Shown in pieces: positions 63,001-64,000 of a stretch of 64,000 nt of DNA. Location of the stretch: assembly GCA_030248215.1 (NCBI GenBank), contig JASANG010003711.1, positions 558,001 through 622,000 on the forward strand. The letters run 5' to 3'. The notes beneath the pieces were generated by a model, which did no database searches, was not told the DNA's origin, and saw only the letters and a list, made by a program, of their open reading frames with translations. The position numbers were made by a program, and so were the translations under genes. This DNA comes from Enoplolaimus lenunculus (taxonomy: Eukaryota). Each line of letters begins with the position of its first letter. The stretch's first letter is position 1.

Positions 63001-64000
63001 CGCGGATCCCTTTCGGAAAATTCTGGATCCGCCACTGAAACTAAGTGTAAATTACCTTATTTGCTTCATCACTTTACCCTTCAAAGTAACGTTAGTAGAA
63101 ACAGTTTACCTGAACCACACGATGAAGAACATGACGACCAAGAAGACCATTTATCCCATGACACATAATTCTGACTCGGGTAAGTAGTATCTACTGTGGG
63201 TGGCGCAACCCGCTTTACTCGATGTCGATGTTGAGCGCTCAAAATTGGTCGAGGTCTCGGTGACACGCAAGGTCTAACCCGACAAGTCCGGGTTTGAACA
63301 GCTCGTTTAAAACAGCGTATCCCTGGTGCATTGCCGCAAATAAACTTTCGTTTTTGTATCCCCGTATCGCATGTTCTGAAACAACATAAGAAAAAATAGC
63401 GTTGAAATTAAATTAAACTTTATACCGTTTGACAGCAAACAAAAGATGCCGATAAACTATTCGAATGCTTTAATCCTGTACGGTGTCGACGGCGCCGTTC
63501 GGTGGCGTAAGGTAGTGTCCGCTTTGTCCGGTGCCGTGTGGCGTCGATTAGCGCCGTTCGGACCGCACGGCAACCCATGTGAAGTGCTGCATGACACCGT
63601 ACAACAATTTGTAAACAAACGTTTTTCAACTCGCAGCCACACGACACGAAAAATGCACCCATAATCGTTATATACCCTGTTGTGGCTGTCCACCGTTAGA
63701 TTTGTAGTTATCGCAAATTTCATGGGTTTTCGTACAAAGCCGGGATATTAAAAGCGTTGCGATAGTTTCATTTAGTTTTAAATAGAGTTAAGCTAAGGAA
63801 CCAAGACACTAGAGAAAAATTTGAAATTGAAGAACAATTTGTACTAAGGTAATCGTAGATTTCAAATAAAAACATACTCGCTACACTCAGTCCATGACGA
63901 CCATTCTAGCCATAGGTTGGACTCTGAAGTTTCATCGTTCACACCGTTTTCACTTGATGATTCCTGTGAACCAGGAGCACCAGGCATAGCGGCGATTAAG
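45019..64000 (-). CDS. Multi-thrombospondin type-1 repeat (TSR) protein, about 21 repeats; 5' end outside window
   Basis: Phase-compatible exons (minus): >64000-63878, 63375-63110, 62383-62246, 61172-61035, 60096-59950, 59548-59395, 58285(up to 58555)-58056, 57570-57407, 56670-56523, 56202-56116, 54646-54491, 53664-53503, 53090-52929, 52216-52055, 51433-51272, 50575-50408, 48768-48613, 47679-47578, 47251-47122, 45859-45610, 45327-45019 (TAG). Repeated WxxWxxWxxCSxxCGxGxxxRxRxC motifs. Confidence 0.9.
45885..46322. mobile_element. MITE family D
   Basis: ta|ctgtagtgacccgaatacgag…tcttattcgggtcaatacag|ta; interior colinear with 30221-30603. Confidence 0.85.
47743..48039. mobile_element. MITE family A with a tandemly duplicated right end
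   Basis: Left TIR ggtccatgcaaagaacag…; right TIRs end at 47910 and 48039. Left flank CTAACGAC recurs perfectly at 48040-48047. Confidence 0.8.
49508..49722. mobile_element. MITE family A
   Basis: gaccaatgtaaaaaaacaggggcgg…ccgccactgatctttacacgggcc; TSD aggattac/agaattac (7/8). Confidence 0.85.
51728..51933. mobile_element. MITE family A
   Basis: ggcccatgtatataccagggccg…cggccccgttctatacatgggcc; TSD tttgaatt/tctgaatt (7/8). Confidence 0.85.
53927..54470. repeat. Perfect 25-bp intronic minisatellite, about 22 copies
   Basis: Unit actaaaacgttgctcaataaagtat with no visible variants. Confidence 0.95.
57163..57234 (+). pseudogene. Degenerate tRNA-Pro(CGG)-like copy of the hairpin+tRNA repeat
   Basis: GGCCACG…CTTGA-CTCGGAC-GCAAG…CGTGGTC with a decayed B-box (GTCCAAGTC); antisense within an intron of the TSR gene. 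Confidence 0.6.
57617..57862. mobile_element. Palindromic foldback element
   Basis: ttccggcagta…ggtcgtcttat…atcgtggaaat…gtaaacttatcatat is mirrored by atatggtaagtttac…atttccacgat…ataagacc…tactgccggaa. Confidence 0.7.
58261..58567. repeat. Perfect 27-bp minisatellite (about 11.4 copies) spanning an intron/exon junction
   Basis: Unit gaaaatacactcacgagttattgtcct; the minus strand reads …tattttcAG|gacaataactcgtgagtg. Confidence 0.95.
59096..59293. mobile_element. MITE family A
   Basis: ggccaatgtaaaaaacaggggcgg…(gcctaa)n…gcccctgatctttacatgggcc; perfect 8-bp TSD GCATTATG (59088-59095 / 59294-59301). Confidence 0.9.
60735..60918. mobile_element. MITE family B
   Basis: cgttcttgtatac…ggtacaagagcc; flanks aaaaaata/aaaaaatg. 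Confidence 0.55.
61583..62001. mobile_element. MITE family D, opposite orientation
   Basis: ctgtagtgatccgaataa…cttgttcgggtcactgcag|ta. Confidence 0.8.

Overview
AT-rich, intron-containing animal DNA, most likely nematode (inferred from TTTTCAG acceptors and abundant TTAGGC-type telomere-like hexamers). Genes reconstructed by hand: (1) an intronless divergent ionotropic-receptor/iGluR-like ORF (7107-8513, +); (2) three tandem five-exon paralogous two-pore K+ channel (K2P/TWK-like) genes (20265-24981, 29353-33437, 37446-43679, +); (3) a convergent gene of about 21 exons (45019->64000, -; 5' end outside the window) encoding about 21 thrombospondin type-1 repeats. The K2P channels appear to lack the extracellular cap, carry putative LC8-type motifs in their tails, and one has a GVG second filter. 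Two short PAM2-like coding segments lie in the first 2.7 kb. Introns and intergenic DNA are full of non-autonomous TIR elements. The clearest is a ~160-215 bp GGCC-ended family with 8-bp TSDs that carries telomere-like repeats (about 9 copies). There are also two hairpin+tRNA-like repeats and two perfect minisatellites, one of which multiplies an in-frame splice acceptor 11-fold. No database searches were run; family calls rest on motif recognition.
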